Positions 60,136 through 64,000 of a stretch of DNA of 64,000 nt are shown here, piece by piece. How positions within the stretch are numbered: position 1 is the first letter of the stretch; each line of letters opens with the position of its first letter. Under the pieces are notes generated by a model. It was given only the letters and a program-made list of their open reading frames with translations. It did no database searches and was not told where the DNA came from. Location of the stretch: the NCBI RefSeq assembly GCF_009914755.1, contig NC_060947.1. One strand, given 5' to 3'. Position numbers and translations under genes: made by a program. The stretch is from the human T2T-CHM13v2.0 reference genome, Homo sapiens.

Positions 60136-60802
60136 TATGTGTGGATATATGTGTATGTATGTGTATATGTATACATATGTATATGTGAATGTGTGTATGC
60201 GTGTGTGTATAGATGTGTGCATGTATGTGTGTACATATGTGTATGCGTGTATACAGGTGTATATGTGCAGGTATGTATGTATGTATGTGTGCATGTATGC
60301 ATGTGTGTGTGTGTACGTGTGTATAAATGTGTATGTGTGCGTGTGTGTGCATGTGTGTGCATGTGTGTATGTGTGCATGTGTGCATGTGTGTATACATGC
60401 ATGCATGTGCGCATGTGGATGTACATGTGCATGTATGTGTATAGATGTGTGCATGAGTGTGTGTGCATCTGTGTATATATGTGTGTATATGTGTATCATA
60501 TGTGTATGTGAATGTGTATACATGGGTATGCATGTGTGAGTGTCTAGGTGTGTGCATGTATATGTGTGTACATGTGTGTATAGGTGTGTGCACGTATATG
60601 TGTGGATGTGTGCATGTATGTGGATGCATGTGGATGTGTGTACATATGTGTTTTGTATAGGTGTGTGCATGTGTGTGTGCACGTGTGTACATATGTGTTT
60701 TGTATAGGTGTGTGCGTGTGCACGTGTGTGTATGTGAGCGTGTATGTGTGCATCTGTGTGTGTGTTTGTGTGTGTATGTGTGTACGTGTGTGTGTGTGCA
60801 TG
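60136..60802. repeat. Long degenerate (TG/TA/CA)n purine-pyrimidine microsatellite in BGN intron 1
   Basis: About 670 bp of almost strictly alternating purine-pyrimidine sequence. Confidence 0.95.
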
Positions 60803-63800
60803 TTCTGGCAGGAGGGAGGGGCTTGGTGTGAGGTGGTGGGGAGAAGGCAGGGGCCAGGCTTTGGGAGGACAGCTGAGCCTATACTGCCAGGACCTCCCAA
60901 ACTGCCACCCCCAGTCTTGGGCATTCAGGCTCTCACAGGCCCAGAGACATGGCTGGAGCCCTGTGGCTGAGGAGCACAGCTGAGAGCTCAGGCAGGGCCT
61001 GGAGGCGCCAAAGCTGAGTTCCAAGTCAGGCTGAGTGACTTGGGAGAAATCAGAGCCTCTCTCTCGGCCTTAGCTTTTGTGTCCATAAAATGGGGATACT
61101 CATCAGGCCAGCTCCAGGGGATCCTATCCTTCCCCCTAGGCTCCCCTGGCTCCCTCTGACTTCATGGGCCCCTTGCTGCCTCCTGTGGGCTCAGACACGG
61201 AGCCTGCCCCTTCCTCGGGAGAGGTCTCAGTTTTGTGCCAGTTCTTTGAGGGGAAATGAGGGATGTGCCGGGAAGCCTGCCCGGCCCCCGCCCCTCCAGC
61301 CTGCCCACTGCTTGGGCACAGCCATGAGCCATGGAAAACCAGCCAAACCTTGTCCTTCTGCCTCTGTCACGGGGCCCGGGTGTATGGGCCTTCCAGCCCT
61401 CAGCCTCCCTCCCCGCTCTGAGGGAACCTCTTCCCCTTGCCCCTTTCTCAGTCTCTTGGAGACCCCCCAGACATCCTACTGTATCAGGCAGCCTGCCTCC
61501 AGAGCCCTCGTTGCCCCACAGCTGGTCCCGGGAACCCGCCTGAGACCCCGATGGCCAGTCTTGCCGTGACTGGCCTGCCCTGTGCCTGTGCCCCCTGCCC
61601 TGGTGGAGGGCCCGATTCCCTAACAGGAGGGCCTGCAGGGAAGTCCCAGCTCCTGGGGAGACCCCTTGCCCCGGGGCAGGAGTCCCTGTAGAGTCCTCCT
61701 CCAGGCCAATGCGTGGGTCCTGGGGGGCTCCAAGCTGGCCATGGTCAGATGGTCCTCTGTCCCCTCGGCCTTCCCCAGCCCCTCCCCACAGCCTCCCGTA
61801 GGCCCAGCCGGACCACCCCAACCCTACCTGTCCAGGTGGACTGCCCACCCTGGAGCTTGCCAGGGCTCTGGCGGGGTGTCCCAGCCCTGACTCACTCTCC
61901 CTGGGAGGTAGCGGCTTTGGCAGGGGCATCGGCAAGGAGGGGCAGGGCAGTCTCCTCCCTCCCCCACTCCATCTTGCTCTCCTGCTTCCACCCTGCCCTT
62001 CCTGTTCTCTCCCACTGCTCCTCCTCCTCCTCCTCCTTCTGCCCCCGGGTGTCCACTGGCACTGGGAGAGGGTCCTACAGCGGCAGCAGGCATCGGAGGC
62101 CCTGCCCTGCCCTGGAGGAAGGGAAACACCATCCAGGTAGGTGAGTGTTGAGCCTTCTCCCTACTTGGGGGCCAAGACCCTCCGGGCGGTTCCCCTAGGT
62201 TCTGCTGGGCCGGCCTGAGGCTGGCAGGCCCTGGGCTGCAACTGTGGGATCTCAAGGCTCAAAAGAATGAGGGAGGCTCGGTGCTGCCCCAGCAGGGGCC
62301 TCCTGGTGACCCCAGGGGTCAGCATGAAGTCCAGCTCCACATGAGGGGGAAGCTGAGCTAAGCCTTGGGCTCCGACTCCCACTTTGCAGTGTGGCCCAGG
62401 GCCTGTGGGCTCAGGAGGGCTCCGGGGCTGGCTGCGGAAAGGCCACTCCACAGGCCTGGCAGCCGCTATAGCCACAGCCTCACCACAGGCCCCTCTGTCC
62501 ACAGGTGTGGGAGGGCGCATGGGTGGCTTCTAGGGGGGATGCCAATGCAGGGGGGACGCGTGCCAGCAGATGCTCTCTGGAGCACCCGAGGAGCTGCATG
62601 GGGGCGACAGGACAGGCCTCCATCCCAACCCTCTCCTGGGCTTGTGCTCAGACCCAACCTGGCCCTGAAGTGGCCTCAGGCCCCCGGCCCGCTGGTAGCA
62701 AGGACTCCAAAGCGGCAGCCCCGGGCAGCCAGCCCAGCCCCCAGGGCAACTGGGGAAGCATCGGGCAGGGCGGGGCTGCTCATAGGGTGCTGGCCTGGGG
62801 GCAGAGTCCCCACCTCCCCACGGCCTCCTTAGACCCCTGCAACCAGCAGCTGGGCTTAGGGGGCTCACCTCGCTCTGCTGGAGCCCCAGACAGCCCCTCC
62901 CCAGCTAGTACTGGCCCTAAGTGAGGGTCTCCTGGGCGTGCGACTGCTTCAGGTCTGCCAGAGGCCCCTGCTGCCCAGCTGGGCTCCCCATCTCCAGATG
63001 CACCGAGGGCCACCCCAGGCTGGGTGGCAAGCAGGGCAGGCATGTTTATTCCCACTTAACAGATGGGGAAGGTGAGGCTGGGATGAGACCTGGGCCTTTG
63101 CTGGAGAGTCAGGGTGGATGAAGTGGTGAGAGAGGCAGGGCTCCAGCCTCTTCCTGTAGGGCACATTCCCGGCTGCCTCTGGACGGGAGACCGTGTCTGA
63201 TGAGGAGGGAGGAGGCAAGCAGAGGTGGGTGCTGGGGGCAGGCTCGGGCAGGGCTGCTTCGCCTCCACTCCCACTCGCCGCCTCGGCCTGGGGGGCCTCA
63301 GGCAAGCCTGACCCTGCCCTGCCACCCTGGCGGCAGCCTGCTCCCCTGGGGGGCCTCTCTGGGCTGCCGAGGCTGTGGGCAGGGAGGAAGGGTGCGAGCA
63401 GATCTGGGAGCTCCAGGGCTGTTTGGGCCAAGGCGGTGTGGGCGGGGGGCTGGGGCGGGTGGTCCAGAGGAGGAAGCCAAGGCCCAGGGGCAGTGTTGGG
63501 GGCGCCACGGCCTCCACCTCGGGGGCCTCCACTCAGTGCTGCCTCAGCCAACTTTACCCACGGCCTCCAAGGACACCCCCTCTTTCTCCGCCCTGCCTCC
63601 CTACCTTGGCCTTGGAGGGTCTCTGAGAAACGTGGGCAGGGTGGAGGGAGGAAGCAACTCAGAGTCGCCGCACTCAACTAACTTCATCCACGCTGCCCTG
63701 AGCCCAGAACTCAAAGGAAGGATTGGCCCGGGTAGGAGGCCACAGTGATGTCCCCAAAAGTGAATTCTTCAAAGCCCTTGAGGGCCAATGGCTAGGATTC

Positions 63801-64000
63801 CTCCTCCACCTCCTCCACGCAGCCTCATGGACGCCCCCGCCCTAAAGCAGGCTTCTGGCAGACTCAGAGGCGTGGGGGCCTGCAGACTTGCTGATGAGGA
63901 GACATTTCATCGCCTGATTAAGCCAAGTCCTGTCCGGGATGGGGAGGGGGGTAGTGGAAGCAGTGAAGGGAGTGGAGTGGAAGGGGCACCCTCCTTGCCA

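Noticed and set aside
60068-61024. His/Thr- and Cys/Val-rich ORFs
   Set aside because: Translations of the (TG/CA)n microsatellite.
54687-64000. BGN coding exons
   Set aside because: No MWPLWRL start or biglycan LRR sequence was found; the coding exons lie beyond the window end.

Overview
GC-rich, intron-containing mammalian genomic DNA. From memory of the protein and mRNA sequences I recognise it as human Xq28. Left to right: (1) TREX2, a 3'-5' DEDDh exonuclease on the minus strand (CDS 4303-5013). (2) HAUS7, an augmin subunit on the minus strand; its 10 coding exons (30168 to 7461) sum to 1107 nt = 368 aa + stop, all introns GT-AG. (3) A nearly intact 9-exon plus-strand gene for an ECM2-like secreted leucine-rich-repeat protein (38827-46383; probably the ECMX/ECMXP pseudogene). 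It reconstructs to 633 aa, and its only two visible disabling lesions are both in one exon: a 1-bp deletion in a C-run and a GT>TT donor. (4) The promoter, non-coding exon 1 and most of intron 1 of BGN; no BGN coding sequence is in the window. Notable details: the HAUS7 3' UTR has no canonical poly(A) signal and contains the start of a long TREX2 isoform spliced through a GC-AG intron; an L1PA fragment with TSDs sits in the polypyrimidine tract of the last HAUS7 acceptor; there is a U2 snRNA retro-fragment with TSDs, a candidate poison micro-exon, and a GC-box VNTR in the HAUS7 promoter. Most ORFs in the supplied track are spurious products of high GC content or repeats. Gene identities and repeat family names come from recollection, not database searches.
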